Of a DNA stretch of 64,000 bases, positions 10,110-20,296 are shown one piece after another. The stretch's first letter is position 1, and every line of letters starts with the position of its first letter. The notes beneath the pieces are model-generated. The model was not told the origin of the DNA. It ran no database searches and was given only the letters and a program-made list of their open reading frames with translations. The stretch is taken from contig CAWEMM010000006.1 in NCBI GenBank assembly GCA_963810095.1, forward strand, positions 1,504,001 to 1,568,000, written 5' to 3'. Position numbers and translations under genes: made by a program. This stretch comes from an uncultured Chloroflexia bacterium (GTDB lineage: Bacteria; Chloroflexota; Anaerolineae; CG2-30-64-16).

Positions 10110-11387
10110 TCAGCCACACGCCGACCGGTTCCGCGCTCGCTTGCGAGGCGCTCGATCACCTCGACGGCGGTCGCTACGCCGTCTTCGCTGCGGATGGCCC
10201 GGCCGATCTCGGCCGCGCACTGCCGGATGCCGCGGGTCCCCGGTCGCTGCCCGGATGGCCGCAGCAAGCCGCTCGCCGGTGAGCTTCTTTATGGGCACCG
10301 GCGCGGGCCCGGCTCCCAGCGCGGCAACCCGCCGCCCCCAGAAGGGCTGATCGGCAAAGAACGGGACGATGACGGAAGGAACGCCGGCGGCCAGGCCGGC
10401 CGCGGTGGTGCCCGCACCCCCGTGATGCACGACGGCGGCCATCCGTGGAAAGAGCCAGTCGTGCGGCGCCGAGTCGATGCGAAGGATGGTCGGTGGCAGG
10501 GACCCGCCGTCGAGATCGCCCCGGCCATCCAAGAGGATCCCACGCTGGCCCGTCGTCGCCAGCGCCTCCACGACCATGCGGGTGACTGCCCCGGCCTCCT
10601 TGTCGACGATACTGCCAAACCCCACGTAAACCGGTGGCGGCCCTGCCTCGAGGAATGCCGCGAGGTCGGGCGGCGGCACGTAGGTGGGGTCGGGGTCGGG
10701 AAACCAGTAGCCCGTCACATGGAGCCAGGGACCCCAGTCTGGCGGCGGCGGCACGACGTGCCTGCTGTAGCCGTAGATAATCGGCTCGGGCGCGATGTCG
10801 AGGGTCGCATACAGCTTCCAGGGCAGGGGCTCGAGCCCGAGGACTTCGACCCGGCACGCGTTGATCGTGGGCAGCATCAGGCGGAAGAAGAGCTGGTTGC
10901 TGAGGTGTGCGCTGCTGAAGTTGAGGCGGCCGCGGCCGGGCAGCCAGGCCGGGAATTCCGCGCCGGTGGACGAAACGAACTCGGCCGTGGGCGTGACCGG
11001 CTGGAGATAAGCCGGCAGGCAGAGGATCCCTAGTTTTTCTGCAACATGGAACGCGGCAAAGGCCAGCGGGTTGGCCAGCAGGAGATCGCAGCCCGCGCAC
11101 GCGGCCAGCAACTCGGCCGTGTAGCGCCGGGCAAGGGGGCCAAACTGTCGCTCGGCCCAGCGCGAGAAGCGAATGGGGTCGGCGAGTTTGCGGATGTCCT
11201 CCTGGAGCGCCTGCCGCGGGTCGGCAGGCACCGGTGCGAGCTCCAGGCCGCGTTCTTCGACGAACGCCTTGAACAAGGGGTCCGTCGCGATGTTTACGCT
11301 GTGCCCCGCACGTTTGAGCCCGAGCCCCAGCGCCAGGTAAGGCTGCACGTCGCCCCGCGTGCCCACCGTCGCAATGGTGATTCGCAT
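10110..11387 (-). CDS. GT1 family (sterol 3-beta-glucosyltransferase-like) glycosyltransferase; probable frameshift near 10230
   Basis: GTRGDVQP, VYVGFGS, PHDWLFP, HHGGAGTT, PFFADQPFW; typical tail IRSEDGVATAVEVIE in another frame. Confidence 0.85.
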   Translation of the reverse strand: MRITIATVGTRGDVQPYLALGLGLKRAGHSVNIATDPLFKAFVEERGLELAPVPADPRQALQEDIRKLADPIRFSRWAERQFGPLARRYTAELLAACAGCDLLLANPLAFAAFHVAEKLGILCLPAYLQPVTPTAEFVSSTGAEFPAWLPGRGRLNFSSAHLSNQLFFRLMLPTINACRVEVLGLEPLPWKLYATLDIAPEPIIYGYSRHVVPPPPDWGPWLHVTGYWFPDPDPTYVPPPDLAAFLEAGPPPVYVGFGSIVDKEAGAVTRMVVEALATTGQRGILLDGRGDLDGGSLPPTILRIDSAPHDWLFPRMAAVVHHGGAGTTAAGLAAGVPSVIVPFFADQPFWGRRVAALGAGPAPVPIKKLTGERLAAAIRAATGDPRHPAVRGRDRPGHPQRRRRSDRRRGDRAPRKRARNRSACG

Positions 11388-11465
11388 CGCCGGCTTCTCC
11401 TTCCCGTAAGTTCCAGCCAAACCGGGCAAACGGCGCATGGCGGTATGCTCTGACCAGTCACACAG

Positions 11466-12518
11466 TTAGGCGAACAGCCTGTCCCAGGGGACCTCCACCT
11501 TGGCGTCTTCAGTTACCACCCGGCACAGCATCCGCAGCAGCGGCAGCTCTTCGCGACCGATCTCGCCGTCCTGCTCCCAGCGGGGCAGCGCCTGGGCCAT
11601 CTGCTTCACGATGTAACTACCTTCGAGCGTTTCGCCCGCCATCTGCAGCACGGCCTCGGTGTAGGTGAGCCCCGCGCCCAGCAGCCGGCCCATGCGGATG
11701 GTCCGGCCCCCAACGCAGGTCACATACTGGTCGCCCACGCCCGGCAGCCATGCCACATTCTCGACCCCGCCGCCCAGCAGCCCGACAAGCCGTGCCATCT
11801 CCCGGGCGCTCGCGCCGAACAGCGCTGCAGCGACGTTGTGCATCGCCGCGCCTGCATCGTCCGGACCACCCGCAAGGTCCAGCATGCCCGTCGCCATGCC
11901 CACGGCGAGCGTGTACGCGTTCTTCAGCGCGGCGCAGACCTCGACGCCCATGATATCGGTGGAGGGCCATATATGGTAGTAGGACGTGGCGAAGATGCCG
12001 CGCAAGCGCTCGAGAACGGCGCGATCGCGGCCGGTGAAGACGACGCTCGTATGCCGGCGGCCCGCCAACTCGCCCGCGATGCAGGGCCCGGCGATGGCGT
12101 TCAGGCTGACTGTGTCTCTCAGCTCAGCCGGCAGCTCGTCGCGCAACAGGTCGGGCAGGATGCGGAGCGTTCCGTCCCGGCCGGCCTCCAAGCCCTTCGT
12201 CACCGCGATGATGGTCGCGCTCCCCTTGAGCAGTGGCCCGAGCGTGTGTGCCAGCCACCGCACCCCCAGCGAGTTCACCCCGCTGACGATCAAGTCGGCG
12301 CCCTCCAGCGCCCTCGCCAGCTCCTCCACGTAGTACGGCATGATACCGTCGGGCAGGCGCCGCTTCAGCTTCGGATGCCAGCCCCGGTCAAGGCACGACT
12401 TGATAATGGGCGCATCGAGGTGCGTGCCCACCAGCCGCACGTCGTGCCCGTTGTCGGCCAGCGGCCACGCCACCGCTGTCCCCATCAGCCCCGCCCCCAG
12501 GATGGTGACCTTCGCCAT
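11466..12518 (-). CDS. gpsA: NAD(P)H-dependent glycerol-3-phosphate dehydrogenase-like protein
   Basis: GAGLMG, TKGLE, GPCIAGE, GVEVCAALKN, GVGDQYVTC. Confidence 0.8.
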   Translation of the reverse strand: MAKVTILGAGLMGTAVAWPLADNGHDVRLVGTHLDAPIIKSCLDRGWHPKLKRRLPDGIMPYYVEELARALEGADLIVSGVNSLGVRWLAHTLGPLLKGSATIIAVTKGLEAGRDGTLRILPDLLRDELPAELRDTVSLNAIAGPCIAGELAGRRHTSVVFTGRDRAVLERLRGIFATSYYHIWPSTDIMGVEVCAALKNAYTLAVGMATGMLDLAGGPDDAGAAMHNVAAALFGASAREMARLVGLLGGGVENVAWLPGVGDQYVTCVGGRTIRMGRLLGAGLTYTEAVLQMAGETLEGSYIVKQMAQALPRWEQDGEIGREELPLLRMLCRVVTEDAKVEVPWDRLFA

Positions 12519-12548
12519 AGATCGTCCTTATCTCAAGAAGACCTGTGT

Positions 12549-12632
12549 TACCACAAGGGCACGAAGACACAAAGGATCAAAGCACTTGCCTACAAACTTA
12601 GCGCGTCTTCGTGTCTTGGTGTCGTTGTGGTT
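12549..12632. repeat. Imperfect inverted repeat, family B (CACGAAGACAC...GTGTCTT)
   Basis: accacaagggcacgaagacacaaag ... cttcgtgtcttggtgtcgttgtggt; second copy at 17378-17451. Confidence 0.7.
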
Positions 12633-12636
12633 CAGT

Positions 12637-13863
12637 TCAATTTTTCCCGGCCGCGTCGCCCGCGACCTTGCCCGTGATCCATGCCCACAGGAAATTGTAC
12701 CCCCCAATGGGCCCGAAGGCATCCAGCATCTCGCCGCACAGGTACAGCCCCGGCGTGACCCGGCTTTCGAGCGTGGCCGGGTTCACCTGATCCAGCGCCA
12801 CCCCCCCGCCGGTGACCTCTGCGACCCGGTAGCCCTCGTGGCCCGACCAGGGCAGCGCGTAATGGGTCAAGGCCTCCACCAGGCGCGCCCGGTCCTCCCG
12901 GCGCAGCTGCGCCAGCCCGGCATCCCGCAGCCCGGTCTCGGCCAGCAGCTGGACCGCGAGCCGCTCGGGCAGATGCCGGCGGAGCACGCCCAGCGCATCG
13001 CCCCGTCCCTCCTGGAGCGCCTGCTCCCATTGAGCGGCGCTCAGCTCGCCCCAGGAAACGAACACCGGCGGCCGCGGCCCGCCCACGAAGGTCGAACGCA
13101 CGGGAACGTGCGAGATGTTCAGGACGGCCGGCCCGCTGTAGCCCTTGTGCGTGAAGAGGAAGCCGCCGCGGTGCGACAGCAGCTCCTTGCCGCCAGGACG
13201 CGGGGTGCTGACCGTCGCCGTGAGCGAGATGCCGGCCAGTTCCTTGTGCGCCTCGCTGCTCGTGGTCAGTGGGGTCAGCGCGGGGTAGGTGGGCACGACC
13301 GAGTGACCCAGCGCTTGCGCCATGCGCAGGCCTCCGCCGTCGCTGCCCGTCGCCGGCACGGATAGCCCGCCGGTTGCCAGGACGACACGGGAGGCATGCA
13401 CGGTGGGGTGTCCGTCCAGAGTGACGGTCCACCCGTCGCCGTTTCGCTCCAGGGCGCTGACCCTGGCCTCAAGCCGCAGGTCTACTCTTCGCTCTCGCAC
13501 CGCGCCGAGCAGCGCGTCGAGGACCGTCCGGGCCTGGTTCGACGCTGGGAAGACTTTGCCGTTCTCCTTCTCGAGCGCCAGGGGCACGTGCAGGTACTTC
13601 TCGAAGAAGCGGCACACTTCGACCAGCGACCAGCCCGCAAGGATTTTGCGCAGCGTGTTGGGCGAACCGTCGGTGTGAAAATCACCCTCGGTGGCCCATT
13701 GCGGCAGGACGTTGCAGCGCCCGCCGCCGCTGATGAGGATCTTCTGGCCGGGCTTGTCCGTGCTTTCCAACAGCACGACCGGCCGTTGGCGGCCCGACGC
13801 CCAGATGGCTGCGGTCAAGCCCGCGGCACCCGCGCCCACAATCACTACCGGTAGTTCGCTCAT
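12637..13863 (-). CDS. HI0933/YhiN family flavoprotein
   Basis: GAGAAG, KILISGGGRCN, ATGGLS.P.TGSDGGG, LFTHKGYSGP, AEVTGGGV, GPIGGYN. Confidence 0.92.
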   Translation of the reverse strand: MSELPVVIVGAGAAGLTAAIWASGRQRPVVLLESTDKPGQKILISGGGRCNVLPQWATEGDFHTDGSPNTLRKILAGWSLVEVCRFFEKYLHVPLALEKENGKVFPASNQARTVLDALLGAVRERRVDLRLEARVSALERNGDGWTVTLDGHPTVHASRVVLATGGLSVPATGSDGGGLRMAQALGHSVVPTYPALTPLTTSSEAHKELAGISLTATVSTPRPGGKELLSHRGGFLFTHKGYSGPAVLNISHVPVRSTFVGGPRPPVFVSWGELSAAQWEQALQEGRGDALGVLRRHLPERLAVQLLAETGLRDAGLAQLRREDRARLVEALTHYALPWSGHEGYRVAEVTGGGVALDQVNPATLESRVTPGLYLCGEMLDAFGPIGGYNFLWAWITGKVAGDAAGKN

Positions 13864-13944
13864 CGCACCGATCCTCGTCGCTCTCAGATGTCCTGCTGTG
13901 GCCGGTCTCGTACGCGAGCGAAGCTCGCGCCCGGGCAACCGCCC

Positions 13945-15006
13945 CTACGCGCCCCCCAGCCGCCCCAGCGCCCACCTCGCGTGGTCGCGCACGAGCGGCT
14001 CGGCGTCTGTCAGCAGCGGGGCCAGGGCCGCGACCAGGCCGGTATCCCCCGAGTTGCCCGCCGCAATGCACGCGTTCCTGACCATCCCGCGCCGCTTCGC
14101 ACGCAAGACAGGCGTCCCGCGGAACTTTGCGCGGAAACCCGCCTCGTCCAGCGCCAGCAACTCGTCCAGCGCCAGCGCACCGTTCTCCACGTCCGCCTGC
14201 AGACCGGGCAGCGTCGCGGGCGGCGCGGCCCGGTTGTAGGGGCACACCTCCTGGCACACGTCGCAGCCGAACACCCAGTTGCCCATCAACGGCCGCATCT
14301 CCAGCGGGATCGGCCCGCGGAGTTCGATGGTCAGGTACGAGATGCAGCGCCGGGCGTCGAGCACGTGGTCCGCAGCAAACGCATCGGTCGGACAGGCCCG
14401 CAGGCAGCGCGTGCACGTCCCGCAGCCGAAGAACGGCTGCAGGTCGTGCTTCGTCGGCCGCTTGAGCTCGAGGCCCCCTTCGAGCACCTCGGGCACGATC
14501 AGCGCGGCGATGAAGGTCCACGAGCCCAAGCCGGGCGTAATCAGCACCGTATTGCGCCCGGTAAAACCCAGTTCGCTCTGCTCGGCGAAATCCCGCTCGA
14601 GCAGCGGGACGGAGTCCACGCACGCCTTGCCCGGCGCCTCGCGCCCGCTCTTATCGCGTATGAACGCGTCCAGCTCGAACAGCAGCGCCTTCAGCACGTC
14701 GTGATAGTCCCGTGACCACGCGTAGCGCGCGATCCGCCCGTAAGAGGGGTTCTCCCATTGGCTCGGCAGCCCCGCACGTGCGTAGCTTGCCAGCAGGACC
14801 ACCATCGACCGTGCGTCGGGTGCGAGCCGCTCCGGCTCCAGGCGCAGCGCCGCACGCTCCAGCATGTAGGCCATTTCGCCGTGGTACCCGGCCGTCAGCC
14901 AGGCCTCGAACGCCTCGGCCGTAGCAGGCCGGCCCGCCGGTATCGCCGCCGCTGCATCAAACCCAAATGCCAGCGCCCGCGCCAGCACATCATTCGTCAG
15001 AGTCAC
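13945..15006 (-). CDS. queG: tRNA epoxyqueuosine reductase
   Basis: GYHGEMAYM, ARYAWSRDYH, CGTCTRCLRACPT, CISYLTIE, FGCDVCQEVCP. Confidence 0.95.
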   Translation of the reverse strand: MTLTNDVLARALAFGFDAAAAIPAGRPATAEAFEAWLTAGYHGEMAYMLERAALRLEPERLAPDARSMVVLLASYARAGLPSQWENPSYGRIARYAWSRDYHDVLKALLFELDAFIRDKSGREAPGKACVDSVPLLERDFAEQSELGFTGRNTVLITPGLGSWTFIAALIVPEVLEGGLELKRPTKHDLQPFFGCGTCTRCLRACPTDAFAADHVLDARRCISYLTIELRGPIPLEMRPLMGNWVFGCDVCQEVCPYNRAAPPATLPGLQADVENGALALDELLALDEAGFRAKFRGTPVLRAKRRGMVRNACIAAGNSGDTGLVAALAPLLTDAEPLVRDHARWALGRLGGA

Positions 15007-15183
15007 CCCGCGATTATAGTCGCAGCGACGTCATCCGTAAACCGCGCTGCGCGCCGGCGAGCAAGATTTTCGGGGTTTCAAAACCCCGAAGATCTCCCAG
15101 GGGCCCGGAACTCAAACCGTTACCCTTTACTTTGCCGTAGCTGGCGCTATAATCTGTCAGATTGTAATTCGGAAAGGTGTGTC

Positions 15184-15717
15184 ATGAACAGGCGACTTAC
15201 GCCCGCTATGATCGGCCTTCTGGCCGTCCTGATCGCTCTCGTGGCCGTGTTCACCCTGGTGCCCCGCGTACCCATACCGGCCACGGGCGGCTACGCGAAT
15301 CTGTCCTCGGTCGCGATCACGTTCAGCAGCCTCGTGTTCGGGCCGTTCGTCGGCGCAGTTGCGGGCGGCATTGGCACCGCCATCGCGGACCTGCTCGGCG
15401 GCTTCCTGCCTTTTGCGCCACTTAGCCTCATCGCCCACGGCTTGGAAGGGTTCCTGATCGGCCTCCTGGGACGCGGCCAACGCTCGGTGGGCCGCATGAT
15501 TATCGCCTGGCTCGTGGGCAGCCTGGCGATGATGGCCGTCTACTTCGTCGGCGAGTCATTGTTCTTCACCGGCCCCGCGGCCACGCTCGCGGAGGTCCCG
15601 TTTAACGCGTTCCAGGCCTTGCTCGGCGCGATCGTAGGTATCCCGCTCGTTATCGCCATCCGTCACGCTTACCCTGCGGTCGATCGTCTCGGCCGACGGC
15701 AGACGTGGACCGAATAG
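15184..15717 (+). CDS. ECF transporter S component
   Basis: VPIPATGGYANL, GGIGTAIADLLGG, several TM helices. Confidence 0.85.
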   Translation: MNRRLTPAMIGLLAVLIALVAVFTLVPRVPIPATGGYANLSSVAITFSSLVFGPFVGAVAGGIGTAIADLLGGFLPFAPLSLIAHGLEGFLIGLLGRGQRSVGRMIIAWLVGSLAMMAVYFVGESLFFTGPAATLAEVPFNAFQALLGAIVGIPLVIAIRHAYPAVDRLGRRQTWTE

Positions 15718-15767
15718 CCCAGCGCGCCGCGCCTGCGCATGTGGGTGCAGCCGTCATACCCCGCCCC

Positions 15768-16609
15768 ATGGTAGAGGTGACCGGCCTGACCTTCGCATAC
15801 GGCGAGGGTCAGCCGGTCTTTTCTGACTTCTCATGGCGGGTCGGAACCGGCGAGGCGTGGGCCATCATCGGGCCGTCGGGCTGCGGCAAGAGCACGCTGC
15901 TTTACCTCATCGCGGGGCTGCGCCAGCCGCAAGCGGGGACGATCCTGGTCGACGGCCACCCGGTGCCGCGCCCCGGGCCAGCACCGGCCTGGTGCTGCAG
16001 GACTACGGGCTGCTGCCCTGGGCGACCGTTTGGGAGAACGTTGCGCTGCCGATGCGCCTTGGGCGGTTCTACCGCGGGAAGGGCGACGCCGGCGACGCGG
16101 CCCGCCCCTATCCTCGCTCAGACATCACGCCGGACCGTGTCGATTACTGGCTGGAGCGCCTTGGGATTACGGACCAGCGCAAGAAGTATCCGGCCCAGCT
16201 CAGCGGGGGCCAGCGCCAGCGGGTCGCCATCGCCCGCAGCCTGCTGCAGCAGCCCAACCTGCTCCTGATGGACGAACCCTTTTCCTCGCTGGACGCGGTG
16301 ACGCGGGAGGACCTTCAGGCCCTCACCGCCGAGCTCTGCGCGGAAACCAAAGTCACGACGCTGGTGGTGACACACACCATCGAGGAGGCCGTGTTCCTTG
16401 GGCGCTGCATCCTGGTACTGAGCCGGCCCCCTAACGTGGGCCCACGGGTGATCGACAATCCCGGCGCGGGCGATCCCGCGTATCGCGTCCGCCCCGAATT
16501 CTGGGCGCGGGTGGTCGAGTTCCGCGGCTTGCTCGGGCCGAGCGACGAACCTGCTGCCACTGGGGCCGTCACCGAGGGTGACGCCAACGTCACCGAAGGT
16601 GGCGCATGA
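15768..16609 (+). CDS. NitT/TauT family ABC ATP-binding protein (frameshift near 15975)
   Basis: GPSGCGKST in one frame; QDYGLLPW, YPAQLSGGQRQR, MDEPFSSLD, VTH in the next. Confidence 0.85.
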
Positions 16610-17349
16610 GCCGCCGTAACCTGCTTCTGGGCACCCTTGGGCTCATCGTGCTCTGGCAGCTGTTGAGCATGGCCCTGAACACTGAAGTGCTGCCCGGCCC
16701 GTGGACAACGGCACAGGCCTTCGTCCAGGCAGTGCCCAACGGCTTGCTGCGCCATTTCCTCGTCAGCGGCTACCGGGTGATTGCGGGCATCTTCCTGGCG
16801 ATGTTGTTCGCGCTGCCGCTCGGGTTGATCCTCGGCCAGAGCCCCAGCCTCAACCGTTTCTTCTCGCCCATCGTCTACATCACCTACCCGATTCCGAAGA
16901 TCGTCTTTCTCCCCGTCATCCTGCTGCTTTTTGGCATCGGGAACACGAGCAAGATCTTCATCATCTTCATCATCCTGTTCTTCCAGATCCTGGTCGTCGT
17001 GCGCGACCAGGCTGCGGCGCTGCGTCCCGAGTTGATCTATTCGGTCCGGTCGCTGGGTGCAGGCCGCCGCGCGCTGTTTCGTTTCGTCTACCTGCCCGCC
17101 ACCGTGCCCGCCGCGCTGACCGCGCTGCGCGTGAGCATCGGGACGGCCGTTGCGGTGCTGTTCTTCGCCGAGTCGTTTGCGACCACGTCGGGCCTCGGCT
17201 ACTATATCATCTCGGACAGCTGGCAGCGGCTGGCCTATCCGGAGATGTATGCCGGTGTCGTGGCGCTAAGCCTGCTCGGCCTGCTGCTGTATTTCGTCGT
17301 GGATGGCCTGGAGCGCGGGCTCGCACCCTGGATGTTCGTGCGTGACTGA
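16606..17349 (+). CDS. NitT/TauT family ABC permease
   Basis: YPIPKIVFLP, LFGIG, SVRSLGA...LPATVP; overlaps ATPase stop (ATGA). Confidence 0.9.
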   Translation: MSRRNLLLGTLGLIVLWQLLSMALNTEVLPGPWTTAQAFVQAVPNGLLRHFLVSGYRVIAGIFLAMLFALPLGLILGQSPSLNRFFSPIVYITYPIPKIVFLPVILLLFGIGNTSKIFIIFIILFFQILVVVRDQAAALRPELIYSVRSLGAGRRALFRFVYLPATVPAALTALRVSIGTAVAVLFFAESFATTSGLGYYIISDSWQRLAYPEMYAGVVALSLLGLLLYFVVDGLERGLAPWMFVRD

Positions 17350-17377
17350 GGGGCGTTCCATGCCGGAGCTGGATCTG

Positions 17378-17451
17378 AACGACAAAGTCACGAAGACACG
17401 AAGGATCCAAAGAGTTTTCGTGTACCTTTGAGACTTCGTGTCTTCGTGGTT
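17378..17451. repeat. Imperfect inverted repeat, family B
   Basis: aacgacaaagtcacgaagacacgaag ... cttcgtgtcttcgtggtt. Confidence 0.7.
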
Positions 17452-17486
17452 AAGAATGCCATTTTCGCCATTGCTTAACTTGCAGG

Positions 17487-18242
17487 ATGACTACCGTGCC
17501 CGAACGTGACCCGGTTTTGCCTCCCATCGAGGAGAAGCGCTCATACGTGCGGCAGATGTTTACCGACATCGCGCCGCGCTACGACCTGATGAACCGCCTG
17601 ATGACCCTGGGTCGTGACCGGGTCTGGCGGCGCACCGTTGTGGAGCTGTGCAACCTGCCCCGGTACGGCCGGCTGCTCGACGTGGCGACCGGCACGGGCG
17701 ACATCGGCTATGAGGCGCTCAAACAGGACAAGAGCCTCGACGTCGTCGGGGTCGATCTGACACGGGAGATGATGGTGCGCGGCCGCGGCAAGGTGCGTGA
17801 TGCCCGCGGCAGCACGGTCTCGTTCCCCTTCGCCGAAGCCGACGCGCTGGCCCTCCCCTTCGCCGACAACAGCTTCGACGCTGCAACCTCGGGCTTCATG
17901 ATGCGCAACGTCGTCGACGTCCACCGGGCCTTCGTCGAGCAGCGGCGGGTGGTCAAACCGGGCGGCCGGGTCGTGTGCCTGGAGATCACGCTGCCGCGGA
18001 CCCCGGTGTTCGGCCCGCTGTTCCAGCTCTACTTCTTCAAGGTGGTGCCCTTGATCGGGAGCGTCGTCACCGGCCAGCGCTCGGCCTACACCTACCTGCC
18101 GCACTCCGCGCTCAAGTTCCCGCAGCCGCCCGAGCTCGCCGCAATCATGCGTGCAGCCGGCCTGCGCGACGTGCAATACCGGCTCGCGATGCCGGGCCTG
18201 GGCCGCACCGGCACGGTGGCCGTTCATTGGGGGACAAAATGA
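17487..18242 (+). CDS. menG: Demethylmenaquinone methyltransferase (UbiE/MenG)
   Basis: MFTDIAPRYDLMNRLM, LDVATGTGD, RNVVD, VKPGG, AYTYLP.S. Confidence 0.9.
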   Translation: MTTVPERDPVLPPIEEKRSYVRQMFTDIAPRYDLMNRLMTLGRDRVWRRTVVELCNLPRYGRLLDVATGTGDIGYEALKQDKSLDVVGVDLTREMMVRGRGKVRDARGSTVSFPFAEADALALPFADNSFDAATSGFMMRNVVDVHRAFVEQRRVVKPGGRVVCLEITLPRTPVFGPLFQLYFFKVVPLIGSVVTGQRSAYTYLPHSALKFPQPPELAAIMRAAGLRDVQYRLAMPGLGRTGTVAVHWGTK

Positions 18243-18847
18243 GTGGTACGGGAACCAAACGGCTGGTGATTGCCATGACCGGCGCATCGGGGCAGATCTA
18301 CGGCATCCGACTGCTGCAAGTGCTTAAAGATGCGCCCGAGGTGGAGACCCACCTGGTGATGAGCCAGGCCGCCCGCATTACGACCGCCCAGGAGACGGAT
18401 TACGACCCGCGTGACGTGGAAGCGCTGGCGAACGTGGTCTACCGCCCCGGCGACATCGGCGCGGCCATCGCCAGTGGTTCGTTCGAGACGGCCGGGATGG
18501 TCGTCGCGCCGTGCAGCATCAAGAGCCTGTCCGCCATCGCCAACAGCTTCAACGACGACCTCATTACCCGGGCGGCCGACGTGCAGATGAAGGAGGGCCG
18601 GCCGGTGCTGCTGATGGTGCGCGAAACGCCCCTTCACCTCGGTCACCTCGAGCTAATGGCCCACGCAGCCCGCATCGGTTACATCATTTTCCCACCCGTT
18701 CCCGCCTTCTACAGCCGTCCCCATACCCTCGACGACCTGGTTAACGGCACGGTCGGCCGGGTGCTGGCCCGCATCGGCATCGACAACGACCTCTATCACC
18801 GCTGGCTGGGTATGCAAAAAGAGTCAAAACATATATCTAATAGTTGA
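18239..18847 (+). CDS. ubiX: Flavin prenyltransferase UbiX
   Basis: TGASG, IASGSF, APCSIKSL, RAADV, VRETP, PPVPAFY. Confidence 0.95.
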   Translation: MSGTGTKRLVIAMTGASGQIYGIRLLQVLKDAPEVETHLVMSQAARITTAQETDYDPRDVEALANVVYRPGDIGAAIASGSFETAGMVVAPCSIKSLSAIANSFNDDLITRAADVQMKEGRPVLLMVRETPLHLGHLELMAHAARIGYIIFPPVPAFYSRPHTLDDLVNGTVGRVLARIGIDNDLYHRWLGMQKESKHISNS

Positions 18848-18874
18848 CAACGGCTCGATTTTCCAGTATATACT
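18844..18874 (+). promoter_or_regulatory. Putative sigma70 promoter
   Basis: TTGACA-17-TATATA/TATACT upstream of the 18988 gene. Confidence 0.5.
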
Positions 18875-18987
18875 ATTATAATTCTTGGAGGCGTGGTCTA
18901 CGCCTGAAAGCCTGCATTTCCTACCCGCAGGCGTCGGGCCGTGTACCACATCCCTGGCTCTAGCCTGGCCGTGCGGAGGTGATCGCC

Positions 18988-20235
18988 ATGGCGACGCGCA
19001 GCAACGGAAAATCGAGCCGCAACGGTGCGGGCGGCAGCGGTGGAAGCCGCAATGGGGCTTCGACCGCCCTGCCCCCGGATGCCGATGTCCTTGAGACGCG
19101 GGCGGTGAACTCGGACCTGGACGCGGAGTTGGCGGCCCTGCTGGAGGGCGAGGCAAGCGGCGCCGAAACGCCGGCCGTAGCGCCGCCCGCGACTGCGAGC
19201 GAGCCGGTGCGTGGCGCCAACGGTGCGGACGACAGCCCGACCGCCGTGACGACTGCGTCGGGTCCCGCGGCCTCGAGCGGCTATCTCTCGACCCTGCCCG
19301 ACCGGCCGCTACCCGCGACCCGGCGCTTTGGCGCGATTATCCTGGATGCGCCCGTGCGCACGACCGGGGCGGAACTGGCGGCGGGCCTGGGCGATCCACG
19401 GGGCACGCCGCCGGGTCCGGGGAAAGAACCCGAGATTGCGGCGCCCCTGCCCGCCGTGGTCATCCGGACGGAAGACCAGAAGTCGAGCGTGATCAAGCGG
19501 CTCGACACGATCCGTGATACGGAGTGGCAGCGCAAGTTTCACGCGCAGATCGACCGGCTCTACAAGGAGATTGCGACGGAGTTCAGCACGCCACCCGACG
19601 TGGCGCAGAAGATGCTGGAGATGCTGCGCGAGGCGCGGCAGTTGATGATCGACTCGCCGGAGGAATACGGCAACGCGGAATACCGCGTGATGCAGGTGGC
19701 GACGTCGGTGGAGCGGCGGCGGCAGAGCCGGCAGCAGGCGAAGTACCTGGGGCCCGGGCTCTTCTTCTACCTCGCGTTCTGGCTCTTCGCCTTCACCGCC
19801 GCGCTCATCTTTGCCAGCCAGATTGCCAACCGGGTGCAGCTGCTCGGCCAAATCGCGGAGCCGCAAGTCGCCAATATCCTGCCGATCATCAACACGATGT
19901 TGTGGGGCGGCATCGGTGGGGTGGTGGGCGGGCTCTATGCCCTGTGGTATCACATCGCGGACCGCCAGGACTTCGACAAGCACTATGCGATGTGGTACTA
20001 CGTGCAGCCGCTGATGGGGCTGGTGCTCGGCGCGATCACGTTCCTGATCATTGCGGGCGGCTTCCTGATCGTCCAGGTCAACATCACCGACCCGAATGCG
20101 GCGGCCGGCGCCCGGCTGATCCCATACCTGGTGGCGGTGCTCGCAGGGTTCAAGCAGGATTTCGTCTACGACCAGTTGGAGCGAGTGGTGTCCATCTTCG
20201 CCCCCGGGCCGGCAAAGGCGGATACGTCGAAGTAG
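18988..20235 (+). CDS. Hypothetical membrane protein (disordered N-terminus, helical middle, C-terminal TM bundle)
   Basis: GGAGGTG RBS; TM segments with WGGIGGVVGGL and WYYVQPLMG. Confidence 0.8.
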   Translation: MATRSNGKSSRNGAGGSGGSRNGASTALPPDADVLETRAVNSDLDAELAALLEGEASGAETPAVAPPATASEPVRGANGADDSPTAVTTASGPAASSGYLSTLPDRPLPATRRFGAIILDAPVRTTGAELAAGLGDPRGTPPGPGKEPEIAAPLPAVVIRTEDQKSSVIKRLDTIRDTEWQRKFHAQIDRLYKEIATEFSTPPDVAQKMLEMLREARQLMIDSPEEYGNAEYRVMQVATSVERRRQSRQQAKYLGPGLFFYLAFWLFAFTAALIFASQIANRVQLLGQIAEPQVANILPIINTMLWGGIGGVVGGLYALWYHIADRQDFDKHYAMWYYVQPLMGLVLGAITFLIIAGGFLIVQVNITDPNAAAGARLIPYLVAVLAGFKQDFVYDQLERVVSIFAPGPAKADTSK

Positions 20236-20254
20236 GGCTTCACCAGGGCACAAA

Positions 20255-20287
20255 GAAACCGGGTTTCTGCCAGAAACCCGGTTTTTT
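20255..20287. repeat. Family A palindrome, possibly also a terminator
   Basis: gaaaccgggtttctg-c-cagaaacccggtttttt between convergent genes. Confidence 0.75.
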
Positions 20288-20296
20288 CGTGGTGAG

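Noticed and set aside
10110-11387. Rifamycin glycosyltransferase partnering rph
   Set aside because: Generic sterol-GT-like motifs, 6 kb away and not in the same operon
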